A stretch of DNA of 64,000 bases from Anaerolineae bacterium (GCA_963675785.1 OY776562.1:1952001-2016000); one strand, 5' to 3'. Positions 28,702-39,166 are shown, counted from the stretch's first letter. Program-made: numbers and translations. Notes: generated by a model from the letters alone, not told the origin.

Positions 28702-31700
28702 TCAGTCGCCCAGGCTCAAACGCACTGTCTTGACCTCGAAAGGCCTAAAGGTCAGCGCAACGCTGTGCCCATCAGTGGGTAAAAAAGCTTCCGCCTCTTC
28801 CAACATGTTGGTCTGGTTAGCCTGTTGCACCGCCAGTGGCGTATGCAGCACGCACTTGGCCGCCGTGTTCTGGGATTCGTACAACCTTACGATCAAATCG
28901 CCCGAGCCATCATCGGCTCGTTTCACCGTCTCCAGAATCACATTGGCATATGCGAAATTCCAGGGATTCTTGTTGGCCAGCGTCTCGCTCATCTCCACAG
29001 TAAACAGGCTGGCTGTGCCAGAATCCCCCTCGCGCACCAGGATGGGTGTGTTGAGTTCATAGCCGTTCTGCACCACACCGCTGTCGGCAAAGGAACCGTT
29101 GTAGGCATAGCACGAATAGGTAAAGGCCTGTCGTCCCTTGTCAGCATACATATCGGGGATAACCGGCGCCTTGAGTAGGGTCAGGTTGATGCAACCGCCG
29201 TCCACGCTCACGCCGTACTTGCAATCGTTGAGCACCGCAAAGCCATGCCCGGCCTCAGCCAGGGCCGTATAGCGATGCTGGCTGACCTCGTAACGATCGG
29301 CGTCATAGCGACGCGACTTGTGCGTGGGCCGCCGAATATAGCCGAACTGAATCTCGTGCAGGGCCTCATCGGCGTGCACCCGCACGGGGAAGGCCACTTT
29401 AAGCAGCTTGTGCTGCTCCTGCCAGTCGATCTCAGTCTCGAAATCCACCCGACGGCTGTCCTGTTCCAGCGTAATTGTTTGTACCATGGGCGAATCGTGC
29501 AGTCGCCGACGCACGCGAATGCCCGCTTTCAGGAACCCTTCACTCGCCGGTGGCGCAGCCTCGCCCAGCACGATGTCGATCTCGGCCTCTTGAGCCAGCG
29601 CCACCGGCAGCGCTTCGTACATAGAGCCGATCTCCCAGGCGTCGTACTCGATGTTGACGTCCTTGTACATTTTGAAAGCATTGCAGGGGCCCTCGGCATA
29701 CTGCAAACCCGTCTCTTTATCCAGAATCTCCACGAGTTGCCCACTGGCATCCACCTGCAGACGCAGAGAGTCGTTCTCTAGCACATACTGCTCACCCAGG
29801 CGATAAGCGCGGCTGCCATAGCCTGCCCCTGGCGCAACTTCCAAGGAATCAACGAGACTGATTGTGGTATAGCCGCAAGCGGGTACGGTCGCTCGCACCA
29901 GCGTGCCCTCGTCTGTAGTCTGCGCTGGCAGCAGGTTCCCCTGCATGTCTCGTGCGCCGTTCATGCCCTGGGGCAAGCGCACCAGCACTTGGCGCTCCCA
30001 AGAAAGCGAATTGAACAGAGTCAATGCCTTACCTTCGCTCGGCGCTTGAATAGTGAACATCCCCAAAGCCGCATCGGTCAGGCTGCTGGCGTCTGCTATG
30101 ACCTCCTCAAAATCGCGGGCAGCCTCCTCATTGACGCGAGTGATCGAAGTGCCGGCCAGCACGTCGTGGAACTGGTTAAAGAGCACCTTTTTCCACAAGA
30201 CCGTCAGTTCCTCCGCCGGGTAAACCATTGGCGCCAAGGTCGACCAGAATTCGGCCTCGTGCAGCGCCGTTTCTGCCCGACGATTGCCTTTTTTCAGCTT
30301 GGCCAGAGAGGTATAGGCCCCGCGATGCCATTGCAAATACAACTCGCCCACATAGCGGTTCTTGGGCTCTCCCTTACGCTCGATGGCCTCGAAAAAAGCG
30401 ATGGGGCTATCCAGCCTGGTTCTCGGGGCCCCCTCCAGATCACTTACTCGCCGTGCCAGCTCATAGATGTCTCGGGTGGGCCCGCCGCCACCGTCGCCAT
30501 AGCCAAAGGGAAACATGAACGTGTCGATATCCTCCTGCTGATTGCGATCCTGCGTCCAACGTTGCACCAGCAGTTGGGGATCGATGCCCGAATTATTCTT
30601 CATCAGCATGTGAGACAGAATCCGGGTGCCGTCCAAGCCCTCCCACATGAAAATGTTATAGGGAAAAGGATCGGTTTCCGGGTGGCTGCGCAACAGCTTT
30701 TGGGTAGCAAAGTAACGCACACCGCAGCCGGCCATGATCTGCGGCAAAGCGGCGGAAAAGCCAAAGGAATCGGGCAGCCAGGCCATCTTGGCGGTGCAGC
30801 CGGCCTCTTCGCGGAACCACTTGGCACCCAGGGTAAACTGACGGATCAAGCTCTCGCCATTGGGAATATTGGTGTCGCATTCTACGTAAAAGGCGCCCTC
30901 GGGAATCATCTGCCCATTGGAGATTTTGGCTTGAACGCGGCTGTACAGCTCGGGATAATAGGTCTGCACCACCTCTAAAATCGGTGGCTCGCAGAGCATG
31001 AACCGATACTCGGGGTATTCGTCCATCAGCGCCAGTTGCGAAGAGAGGGTGCGGGCGCACTTGCGCTTGGTCTCTTCAAAGGGCCATTTCCAGGCCAAGT
31101 CCAGATGCGATTGGCCAAAGATGGTGAACTCGGGTGCCGTGGAACCATTGACGCATTGCATCAGCGGCGCCAAGGCCTCACGCGCTGCGATATAGCCTTC
31201 GATACGCTTTTCTGGTGGCTGCTCAAAATCCACCAAATAGGTGAACTGCTTGAGGCCATCCGCCACCCGCTGGGCTCGTAGCGACTTGTCGTCCAGCATT
31301 GAGAGCAGCTTGGTGAGGGTATAAACGTCCAGCCCCAGCTGATAGGCGGCTTCGTTCCAGATGGCATACACCGCCGGTCCCACTTTGACCTGGAACTCGG
31401 GAGGTTCGGGCACGGGCACTCGCCCTGGCGGATAGGGACCGCCGTTTTCCAAACGGGGACCATGGCCAGCATAGCTCTCGATCAAGATATCAAAGTGCTC
31501 GCCCGCTTGGGCCGAACGCGTCAGCGTGATATAGGCATGTTCCAGGTCCTTGGATCCGGCCACACGCCCGTTGACCCAAATGAGCATCTCCCCGCCCACA
31601 TCGGGGCTAAAGATGATGCGCTGCCCTTGGGCCGCCGCTGGCAAGATAATCTCGGTGCGAAACCAGCCGTATTCCCATTTCCTGCCCCAAGGAGTGCCCA

Positions 31701-31863
31701 CCGGCATGGACACAAACTCGTGCGCTAGCGCCTCTTCTGGGGTAAGCATGTCCAACGTGGTAAAGCCACTGCAAGGCACAGCTCCTAACGGGAAAAAGAA
31801 ATCCTTTTGCAGCTCTTCCAGCCAGATGGTAATGCGCTTGTCCCACTCTTTACCCAATTTCAC
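28702..31863 (-). CDS. Alpha-mannosidase, GH38
   Basis: SHLDLAWKWP, WLPDSFG, GYGDGGGGP, NQFHDVLAG. Confidence 0.93.
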   Translation of the reverse strand: MKLGKEWDKRITIWLEELQKDFFFPLGAVPCSGFTTLDMLTPEEALAHEFVSMPVGTPWGRKWEYGWFRTEIILPAAAQGQRIIFSPDVGGEMLIWVNGRVAGSKDLEHAYITLTRSAQAGEHFDILIESYAGHGPRLENGGPYPPGRVPVPEPPEFQVKVGPAVYAIWNEAAYQLGLDVYTLTKLLSMLDDKSLRAQRVADGLKQFTYLVDFEQPPEKRIEGYIAAREALAPLMQCVNGSTAPEFTIFGQSHLDLAWKWPFEETKRKCARTLSSQLALMDEYPEYRFMLCEPPILEVVQTYYPELYSRVQAKISNGQMIPEGAFYVECDTNIPNGESLIRQFTLGAKWFREEAGCTAKMAWLPDSFGFSAALPQIMAGCGVRYFATQKLLRSHPETDPFPYNIFMWEGLDGTRILSHMLMKNNSGIDPQLLVQRWTQDRNQQEDIDTFMFPFGYGDGGGGPTRDIYELARRVSDLEGAPRTRLDSPIAFFEAIERKGEPKNRYVGELYLQWHRGAYTSLAKLKKGNRRAETALHEAEFWSTLAPMVYPAEELTVLWKKVLFNQFHDVLAGTSITRVNEEAARDFEEVIADASSLTDAALGMFTIQAPSEGKALTLFNSLSWERQVLVRLPQGMNGARDMQGNLLPAQTTDEGTLVRATVPACGYTTISLVDSLEVAPGAGYGSRAYRLGEQYVLENDSLRLQVDASGQLVEILDKETGLQYAEGPCNAFKMYKDVNIEYDAWEIGSMYEALPVALAQEAEIDIVLGEAAPPASEGFLKAGIRVRRRLHDSPMVQTITLEQDSRRVDFETEIDWQEQHKLLKVAFPVRVHADEALHEIQFGYIRRPTHKSRRYDADRYEVSQHRYTALAEAGHGFAVLNDCKYGVSVDGGCINLTLLKAPVIPDMYADKGRQAFTYSCYAYNGSFADSGVVQNGYELNTPILVREGDSGTASLFTVEMSETLANKNPWNFAYANVILETVKRADDGSGDLIVRLYESQNTAAKCVLHTPLAVQQANQTNMLEEAEAFLPTDGHSVALTFRPFEVKTVRLSLGD

Positions 31864-31988
31864 GATAATTCGTTCTCCTAAAACGCTGTTGGCCCAGCAT
31901 CTCGAACTTTTTCACTCCCATAGAATAGTCGAAATCAACAAGCTGCCAGGAACACAACCGAATGCTCACCCGCGGCAATCGGTTGTAT

Positions 31989-32450
31989 CTAGACACTTTT
32001 ATGCCGAATGGGAATATAGATAGCTGGTGAAACGTCAGCCACGCCCTCTGGCGGGTAGAACTCAAAATCCGAGGTACCTTGGGGCATCTCATAGGGCGAA
32101 GCGGGCATCCAGGTGTTATAGGCGTAAGCATAGGTGGCACCAATAGCTTCCATGGTACAGTCGAAGACGGCATAGTGCTCTGCCAGTAGGCGTCGAATCA
32201 AAAGTCCCTTGGGCACCGCCGCATCGTCGGGCACAGCCATCCCCGCCAGATAGAAAGGAATATCGTCGCCCTCATCGGCGAACCAGACACCGTAATAGCA
32301 GCCATCCAGGCTCAAAGCACGCAGCACTTTGTGATGGGGCATGAACTCTTTTTCCCAAAAGGCGCCAAAATCCACCTTGTCTGGGGCACTGTGAATCATC
32401 ACCCCCATCACTGTAAAAGCCTCCCGATCCACAAAGCGTGGTTCCATCAT
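31989..32450 (-). CDS. GyrI-like small-molecule-binding protein
   Basis: YAVFDC...TYAYAYNTWMP...DFEFYP...IYIPI pattern. Confidence 0.85.
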   Translation of the reverse strand: MMEPRFVDREAFTVMGVMIHSAPDKVDFGAFWEKEFMPHHKVLRALSLDGCYYGVWFADEGDDIPFYLAGMAVPDDAAVPKGLLIRRLLAEHYAVFDCTMEAIGATYAYAYNTWMPASPYEMPQGTSDFEFYPPEGVADVSPAIYIPIRHKSV

Positions 32451-32486
32451 TCCCTCCCTTTTAAAGCAGCGAGTGAATCCAAACGT

Positions 32487-33629
32487 CTATCTCAAGGCGC
32501 ATTCGAGATGAGCAAGAGCCCTGGCGTCCTGTTCGCGAGCCTGTTTGATAATTTCAACCATCGCTCGCCGCTTTTCACCATCGGCCATTGCCTTGTATCC
32601 CTCGGGATTACCAATGCCCCCGGCCAATTCCCAGACAGCCCACATCAGGTCGTGTTCAGCGGCGTAACAGGCGGCGGCATGTAAAACCTCAGCTTGTGTG
32701 CCTGGCTTGCCCGGCCCGGCCACAAATCCATCCGTATCCTGAGCCAGGAATATCGCGCCATACCAACGCGCTTCGGCCAGGCTGCCCACCGTCCAATCAT
32801 GTATCATATGATGGGCTTTGAGTGTATCCTCATCCTCAGCAGGCCAGTTCTCGTCACACAGCAAATGGGCGATCCAGGCATCATAGGCGGCCAGACCGTT
32901 GTGTCGCTGTTGATAGGCTTCGGGCGCATCGGCCTCGGGACGCACCATAGGCGTGCTGCCCACTTTGATCATCCATCGTAAAGTAGTGCGGCAGGTCTCA
33001 GCCAACAAAGGTTTAGCCTTTTTATCGCCGATGATCAGCACGCGCTCCGTATTGGTAAACCAGTCTCGCACGCGGAAATAGCCCGAGGGCTCACACTCGG
33101 TGGTTTCATCCTGGAAAAAGCTCCAGCCGATGAGCACCTCCCCACCATCGTCATAACCGGTAATCAGCGAGGGCTCGGGCGGGCCAACGATACCGTAAGC
33201 CAGTGCCGGCATACCCCGCTGAATGCTTTCCATGATGCGTTCACGGAACAACGCCTCGTTATCACATCCAGCCTCTACATCCAAGAACTCGCCTTCATAG
33301 CCCACAGCATCCAAAATGTGGCGTTCCGCTGCCCAGGGCACGGCCGAGAGGTAGGTCAAAGCGGCGTTGTCCTCGTGCCAACCGTCCTTCCAAGAGAGGA
33401 ACGAGGCCGCCCCCGATACACTGCACAAAAAAGCATAGGTGCAAAGCACTTTACAGTCGGGATTCTGCGCCAGACAATGCCGACAGCCGTACTCGCTATC
33501 ACCCAGATACTCGAGGATGGCCCGCATGATCGAGGGCAAGATAATATCCTCGGGGCAGCGCTTGCCGCCTTCGTAAAAATGCACGCGTGGCACGCCTTCT
33601 AACACACACCGTTCATCACAGTTGGCCAT
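32487..33629 (-). CDS. Hypothetical protein (BtrH/C39-like fold suspected)
   Basis: SVSGAASFLSW, ESIQRGMPALAYGIVGPPEPSLITGYDD; upstream of the GyrI-like gene. Confidence 0.55.
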   Translation of the reverse strand: MANCDERCVLEGVPRVHFYEGGKRCPEDIILPSIMRAILEYLGDSEYGCRHCLAQNPDCKVLCTYAFLCSVSGAASFLSWKDGWHEDNAALTYLSAVPWAAERHILDAVGYEGEFLDVEAGCDNEALFRERIMESIQRGMPALAYGIVGPPEPSLITGYDDGGEVLIGWSFFQDETTECEPSGYFRVRDWFTNTERVLIIGDKKAKPLLAETCRTTLRWMIKVGSTPMVRPEADAPEAYQQRHNGLAAYDAWIAHLLCDENWPAEDEDTLKAHHMIHDWTVGSLAEARWYGAIFLAQDTDGFVAGPGKPGTQAEVLHAAACYAAEHDLMWAVWELAGGIGNPEGYKAMADGEKRRAMVEIIKQAREQDARALAHLECALR

Positions 33630-33691
33630 TATCTCATCCCTCATCAATCTCCTTTGTTCAAAAGGAATTAAAGTCAAATTTGTACATGCCT

Positions 33692-33721
33692 AATAGTTTA
33701 CTGATTTTCAGGAAAACTATT
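33692..33721. promoter_or_regulatory. Imperfect inverted repeat in a divergent promoter region
   Basis: AATAGTTTACTGA...TCAGGAAAACTATT. Confidence 0.35.
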
Positions 33722-33776
33722 GACTATTATTTCGTCAAACGATAAACTGGCCTTATTTCACCAAGGAGCCGCTCAT

Positions 33777-34217
33777 ATGGACGAAATTGACCGCAGCATT
33801 CTGGGCATCCTGAAAAAGAACAGCCGCGCCACCGCCTCTGAGATCAGCCGCACTGTGAATCTCTCGGTCCCCGCTGTGGGCGAGAGGATGAAAAAGATGG
33901 AGACTGCTCACATTATTGAACAATATACTATCAGAATCAACCGAAAAGAAATGGGGTTGGGGCTGGTAGCCTTTATCCTGGTCACCCTGGAGAGCACAAA
34001 AGATGTTCAGGTTTTTCGGGAAACCATCATCCAGTACGATGCCGTGCTGGAATGCCACCACATCGCCGGTGAATATGATTATCTGCTCAAGGTGCTCGTC
34101 GAGGATGCGCATGCCCTGGAACTATTTCTATCCAATTCCTTGAAAGGAATCAAGGGCGTATCCAGATCCAATACCATCATCTCTCTGGTGACGTTAAAAG
34201 AGGAAATCAATGTCTGA
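33777..34217 (+). CDS. Lrp/AsnC family regulator
   Basis: MDEIDRSIL..L..NSR; ECHHIAGEYDYLLKV. Confidence 0.93.
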   Translation: MDEIDRSILGILKKNSRATASEISRTVNLSVPAVGERMKKMETAHIIEQYTIRINRKEMGLGLVAFILVTLESTKDVQVFRETIIQYDAVLECHHIAGEYDYLLKVLVEDAHALELFLSNSLKGIKGVSRSNTIISLVTLKEEINV

Positions 34218-34226
34218 GGTAAATCC

Positions 34227-34862
34227 ATGATTATTCAGGGCCTGAGATTCGGCATGATGCTGCAATTCGCCATCGGTCCGGTGTGCATCTTTATCTTTCA
34301 GGCCGCCTCGGCTGCTGGGTTCTACCCCGCCGAGACCGGCGTGCTGGGCGTGGTTCTGGTCGATGGCCTCTACATCTTGGCCTCCATCGTGGGCCTGGGC
34401 GCCCTCATTGCCAGGTATCCCGGCATGAAAACAGCCCTCAAGATATTTGGTGCCATAGTACTCATCGTCTTTGGCGCGAGCACCCTGCTCAACACCCTTG
34501 GCATCAGCTTTTTGCCCAGCCTGCAGTTCTCCAGCAGCGCGGCGCCCGGCGGTATGTTTTGGCGCACCACCCTGCTAACCCTCTCCAATCCGCTGACCAT
34601 CATCTTTTGGGCCGGTGTGTTCTCTTCACGCATTGCCAAGGGCAGTATGAGCCGCAGTGATATGTACAGTTTTGGTGCCGGGGCCGTGCTCTCTACCCTG
34701 CTCTTTTTGACCCTGATTTCCCTGCTGGGGAGCCTCAGCGGCGCCTTTCTGTCCGAGGCTGCCATACGTGTACTCAACATCGTTGTAGGCCTGCTGCTCA
34801 TCGCCTTTGGCATCAAAACTGCTCTGAACAAGACCGAGACACTCTCGCCTACCGCAGGATAA
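34227..34862 (+). CDS. LysE family amino-acid exporter
   Basis: AIGPVC, LTLSNPLTIIFW; six TMs. Confidence 0.88.
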   Translation: MIIQGLRFGMMLQFAIGPVCIFIFQAASAAGFYPAETGVLGVVLVDGLYILASIVGLGALIARYPGMKTALKIFGAIVLIVFGASTLLNTLGISFLPSLQFSSSAAPGGMFWRTTLLTLSNPLTIIFWAGVFSSRIAKGSMSRSDMYSFGAGAVLSTLLFLTLISLLGSLSGAFLSEAAIRVLNIVVGLLLIAFGIKTALNKTETLSPTAG

Positions 34863-34897
34863 AAAAGGAGTGCACACGGATTCGTGTGCACTCCTTT
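34861..34897. terminator. Bidirectional terminator
   Basis: AAAGGAGTGCACACG-GATT-CGTGTGCACTCCTTT. Confidence 0.85.
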
Positions 34898-34920
34898 ACT
34901 TCCAGATAGAACTTGATGCC

Positions 34921-35724
34921 TTAGGGCCTGCCGCTTTCGATTCCGCTACCCACAATGGCCTCATAGTCTTCGACCGAGAGATAAACCGGTTCGTAAACCT
35001 CGCCCGTCTGCTTTTCCAGCGTGCTGGTAAAAGAGCGCAGGTGGTTCCGCGAGCCTTTGGTCAGGTTATCATAGACCAAACGAATGTCTGCGTTATCGGT
35101 TTGAGCAATGCGTTCCTGCAGATCGAGAATATCGATCTCTTCGATAGCCGCGCCCACCTTGAGGGCCTCGCCCAGGGAGACACTGCCCGTCGCCACTAGG
35201 TCATCGTAGAGTTGCTGCAAGTCGGCATTCACAAAGCTGCCCACTGGCTGATCCGCCGCCGGATCCTCCAGACCGTAACGCGCAATGAGCGTCAATACTG
35301 CATCCATGTGCGTGGCTTCGCTGTCAGCAATGTTGGAGAAAATAGCCAGTCCCCACTGGTCGTAGAGCGTCAGATAGACATCGCGAGCCAGTTTTTCCTC
35401 TTCGCGCATGAACAGCAAACCAGCGATCTCGTCCTCGGTCAGCTCACCAATGGCTGTAGCCATCAGAGCCTCATCCAACTGAGCAGCATCTACTTGCGTG
35501 TTGCCCTCGTCATCTACCACAGTCACGTCCACCTCGGGGGTGACCAACACCTCGGCCTCTGTAGTGACCGCAACTGTAGGCGCTTCAGTCACAACCTCAG
35601 TAGCCGTTGCCTCCACCACAGCCACAGGTGTCGCCGTTGCTTCTGGTGCAGCACAGGCGGCCATCGCCACCACGAGCACGAGTGATATCGCCGTCAACAG
35701 TCCCAAAACTGATTTCTTGTTCAT
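34921..35724 (-). CDS. DUF2202 ferritin-like lipoprotein
   Basis: Lipobox MAAC; MREEEKLARDVY...SEATH...SRNHLRSF. Confidence 0.85.
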   Translation of the reverse strand: MNKKSVLGLLTAISLVLVVAMAACAAPEATATPVAVVEATATEVVTEAPTVAVTTEAEVLVTPEVDVTVVDDEGNTQVDAAQLDEALMATAIGELTEDEIAGLLFMREEEKLARDVYLTLYDQWGLAIFSNIADSEATHMDAVLTLIARYGLEDPAADQPVGSFVNADLQQLYDDLVATGSVSLGEALKVGAAIEEIDILDLQERIAQTDNADIRLVYDNLTKGSRNHLRSFTSTLEKQTGEVYEPVYLSVEDYEAIVGSGIESGRP

Positions 35725-35938
35725 TGATCTTCCTGTCCCTGGGTTGAACGCTCAGTGGCGTTCAACGCTTTTCATATTCATGTACAAATTCAGCATAACA
35801 GGAAAATGCCAAGGAATTGTTAAGAAGAAGCGCAAAACCTGTTACCCCTATGGGGTATATATCTGCCATGTTCTGCATTGATCCAATACCGGCCCTCTGG
35901 GGAGACCCGAGATCAAAAGCTCATCCACGCCACTGCCT

Positions 35939-36871
35939 TCACACGCCTTCATCATCAAAGTCAGGGATAAAACTTTCCAAAGCCGTGTCCCCCTCCTGAA
36001 TGAACCCGTTCTCCACGCCCAAGTCTAGCGCATAAGTCACCAGTTCGTCATACTCCTCTGACGTAATCCTGCGATCAAGCTCGGGGTAACGGGCCACATG
36101 CGGCAGCGGCGTGTATTGGTTCATGATGCTGATGTATATCCGCTCGCCGTAGGTTTCATACAGATAACGTATAACGGCCTTGGAATCCTCCAGGCACCCC
36201 GGCAGCAGCAGATGTCGCACGATGACGCCTTTGCGCATAATGCCCTGGTCATCGAAGAAGGGTTCGCCCACCTGCTGCACCATCTCTGCCAACGCCGCTG
36301 TGGCCACCACGAAATAATCCGCCGCATGTGAGTACTTCATACTGATAGCAGAGTCCACGTACTTGAGGTCGGGCAAATAGACGTCCACCAACCCATCAAG
36401 CAGTCTCAGCGTCTCTACCTTTTCATACGCACTCGAATTGTAGACGACGGGCAAACTCAGGCCCCGCGCCTTGGCCATCTCAAGGGCCTGGATGATCTGC
36501 GGCACATAATGGCTGGGCGTAACCAGGTTGATGTTCAAAGCGCCCTTGGCCTGCAGTTCGCCAAAAACCTCGGCCAACCGCTCCACGGTGATCGCCTTAC
36601 CCAGCTCTGCATGGGCAATGTGATAGTTCTGGCAATACACACAGCGCAGATTACACCCCGAGAAGAACACCGTGCCAGATCCCGCCTCACCAGATAGGCA
36701 AGGTTCCTCCCACATGTGCAGCGCCGCCCGGGCCACGCGCAGCTCACTGGTCACGCCGCAATAACCAACCTGGCCGGCGTCCCTGTCCACATGACAGTCC
36801 CTCGGACATAAAACACAATCACTCAACACGTATTCGCTATTCACATCGCCTTCTTGGCAACACCATCTCAC
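35939..36871 (-). CDS. Radical SAM protein, PflX-like
   Basis: CVLCPRDC, FFSGCNLRCVYCQN, NLVTPSHY, RHLLLPG. Confidence 0.88.
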   Translation of the reverse strand: MRWCCQEGDVNSEYVLSDCVLCPRDCHVDRDAGQVGYCGVTSELRVARAALHMWEEPCLSGEAGSGTVFFSGCNLRCVYCQNYHIAHAELGKAITVERLAEVFGELQAKGALNINLVTPSHYVPQIIQALEMAKARGLSLPVVYNSSAYEKVETLRLLDGLVDVYLPDLKYVDSAISMKYSHAADYFVVATAALAEMVQQVGEPFFDDQGIMRKGVIVRHLLLPGCLEDSKAVIRYLYETYGERIYISIMNQYTPLPHVARYPELDRRITSEEYDELVTYALDLGVENGFIQEGDTALESFIPDFDDEGV

Positions 36872-37635
36872 TCGAACAAATACCCCGTCATAGACACCGA
36901 GCCCATCACGCAGGCTTCATTGAACACAGAAACATGGTCATCCTCCCAGGCCGCGCCAAGCACGTATAGCAAGGGATAAAAATGATCGGGCATGTAAAAG
37001 GCCAACTCTGCTGAACTCCCCGCTCGCTCATATTGCACCACGTCTTCATAGCGCCCGTCGAGAATGCTCTCCTTGATATAGCTATCGAACGCATCGGCCC
37101 AGGGATAGCCGCCAGCCATATCCCACCTAACCTTGGAGAGATTGTGGACGATATTCCCGCTGCCTAAAATCAGCACACCGCGATTGCGCAGGGGGCGTAA
37201 CTCCCGGCCAATCCGCAAGTGAACAGCAGGTGGTGCATAGCGGTCCACGCTGAGCTGATAAACGGGAATATCGGCCTCGGGATACATACGATGCAACACC
37301 GACCAGGTGCCGTGATCGAGCCCCCAGGTGTTGTCCACCTGAACTTCACATGAGATCAAGTCGCTGGTTCGATGGGCAAGTTGCGGCGCCCCCGGAGCCC
37401 CATAGACGATCTCGTATAGCTCCTTGGGAAAACCATACATATCATAAATGGTTTGAGGCTGGGGATCATCGTTGATGCGCGTTCCCTCGGTATACCAGTG
37501 AGCCGAGATAGAGAGGATGGCTTCTGGTCGAGGCAGTTCACAGCCCAACCTTGTCCAAGTCTGCGTAAAAACGTTGTCCTCGATGGCGTTCATGGGGGAA
37601 CCATGCCCCACAAACAACATGGGCATCTTGCTCAT
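36868..37635 (-). CDS. ygiD: 4,5-DOPA extradiol dioxygenase (LigB/YgiD family)
   Basis: FVGHGSPMNA, ISAHW, GLDHGTW, GSGNIVHNL. Confidence 0.9.
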   Translation of the reverse strand: MSKMPMLFVGHGSPMNAIEDNVFTQTWTRLGCELPRPEAILSISAHWYTEGTRINDDPQPQTIYDMYGFPKELYEIVYGAPGAPQLAHRTSDLISCEVQVDNTWGLDHGTWSVLHRMYPEADIPVYQLSVDRYAPPAVHLRIGRELRPLRNRGVLILGSGNIVHNLSKVRWDMAGGYPWADAFDSYIKESILDGRYEDVVQYERAGSSAELAFYMPDHFYPLLYVLGAAWEDDHVSVFNEACVMGSVSMTGYLFE

Positions 37636-37686
37636 CGCTCATCCACCTCCCTAGGTTTGACTGTTGGCTTGTTACCGACCCACTTG

Positions 37687-38259
37687 CTAGAGTATTTCAT
37701 AAACAAAGACGCAGGGTTCCCTACCTTCGCTGTTCAAAAGAGAAGACTTTATTTGCTTTAGCCTCAGTTTGAGGCCAAGGGCCTTTTGGTAATGAAAACG
37801 AAAATGTCCTGCACAACACTTGCAATAAGAGAGCGGCATGGGGCCGTCTACAGGTTGATTGCCATTAATTTGCCAACAAGGGCACTTCACACCCTGAACG
37901 CCTCGCCAAAACACGGCCACCGACTCGATATCGCCATCGGCGTTCAAAAAGGGGCGTCCCATATTCTTGACGTCGTGCAGCAAGGCTAGTTTTTCCTCTA
38001 GGGATTTATCTTGATGCTCTTTGGCAAAGGCCCGGGCGTTGGTCAATCGATATCCCGTCTTGCAGCAGGCTCGATCGAACATCACCTCACTGAGGGTGTC
38101 ATCATCCAACAGTTCTTCGCATCTGCGCAAAGCAGCTGCCATGAAATTGGCCTCATTCTGCTTGGCATTGGCCTCATCCCGGCAGTATTCGACACCCATG
38201 ATCTGCTCGATGATACCCTCATTAACGCCTGCGTTACGCAAATGTTCATCAAATGCCAT
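37687..38259 (-). CDS. Cys-rich hypothetical protein (DUF6144-like)
   Basis: RACC, CPC, YCKCCAGH, C.F motifs. Confidence 0.6.
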   Translation of the reverse strand: MAFDEHLRNAGVNEGIIEQIMGVEYCRDEANAKQNEANFMAAALRRCEELLDDDTLSEVMFDRACCKTGYRLTNARAFAKEHQDKSLEEKLALLHDVKNMGRPFLNADGDIESVAVFWRGVQGVKCPCWQINGNQPVDGPMPLSYCKCCAGHFRFHYQKALGLKLRLKQIKSSLLNSEGREPCVFVYEIL

Positions 38260-38312
38260 GCTTTATCTCCCGCTCCTTGATTCAGCCATAGTCTGACAGA
38301 GTTCATGCCGCA

Positions 38313-38705
38313 TCATTTGCACCTGGCGCTAAATCCCACGACGTTCCCATCCGGGTCCCAAAAGTGTACCGCCCGATTCCCCCAAGGATACGTCTTTGGC
38401 TGGGTAATAAAGGCAACGCCCAAAGCCTGCAATCGCGCGTACTCGGCATCCACATCGTCAACATTGAAATTCAGTGTCACACTGCCTGTGCCCCAGTGGG
38501 TACTGAAATCAAAAGCCATGTCCCTTTCGGCAGCACGCCTAGCATAAAAGGACAGACTGGCGCCTTGTGTCTTGAGCTCTACATGGATATCATCGCCCTC
38601 TGCTGTTGTCTGCAAGATATTCTGATAGAACAGCGAGAGTCTGGGCACGTCCTCCGTGATCAGCGTGTTTCCCAGCAATTTCATCATCTGCTCCGATTTA
38701 CCCAT
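38313..38705 (-). CDS. VOC/glyoxalase family protein
   Basis: VDDVDAEY..L, PWGNR..HFWDPDGN. Confidence 0.9.
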   Translation of the reverse strand: MGKSEQMMKLLGNTLITEDVPRLSLFYQNILQTTAEGDDIHVELKTQGASLSFYARRAAERDMAFDFSTHWGTGSVTLNFNVDDVDAEYARLQALGVAFITQPKTYPWGNRAVHFWDPDGNVVGFSARCK

Positions 38706-38717
38706 AACTGCATCTGT

Positions 38718-39053
38718 TCAGCCAGTTCGCAGCCCATCAAGCAGCTTGCGATTATCCGAATCGGCAGGGAAGAACTTTTCCATAATGTCGCAAGGATAGT
38801 CGTCACAGTCTGCACAAGTAACGATCCCTTTGGTCACAGCGCAGGCTCGAATCTCACAAGCGCCGCAAAACACATTGTCCACCGATGCAAGCGCATGACA
38901 CCCCTCGCAGTTGATGTTTGCTAGAGTCACCTCGGGGTGGTCGGCAAAATAGGTGGCGAGCAATTCCGCTCGCATGGCATCGTCGTTCTTAATCGTGGCC
39001 ACACGAATCGGGCAAGTATCGCACTGCAAACCGCAATAGGCAATTTCATCCAT
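38718..39053 (-). CDS. DUF3795 Cys-rich protein
   Basis: AYCGLQCDTC, CEGC, CEIRAC, CADCDDYPC. Confidence 0.85.
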   Translation of the reverse strand: MDEIAYCGLQCDTCPIRVATIKNDDAMRAELLATYFADHPEVTLANINCEGCHALASVDNVFCGACEIRACAVTKGIVTCADCDDYPCDIMEKFFPADSDNRKLLDGLRTG

Positions 39054-39086
39054 TCTGGCCCCTCATTCTTGCTGAACGAACCCTAG

Positions 39087-39137
39087 ACATAGTCATATCA
39101 TAGCAAAACAAGAGCCAGGCGTTAAGCCCGACTCTTG
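39087..39137 (-). repeat. 51-bp terminator + promoter module, copy A
   Basis: 45/51 identical to 40793-40843. Confidence 0.85.
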
Positions 39138-39166
39138 TTTTCATAGATAGGATGAAACACCAAGGC

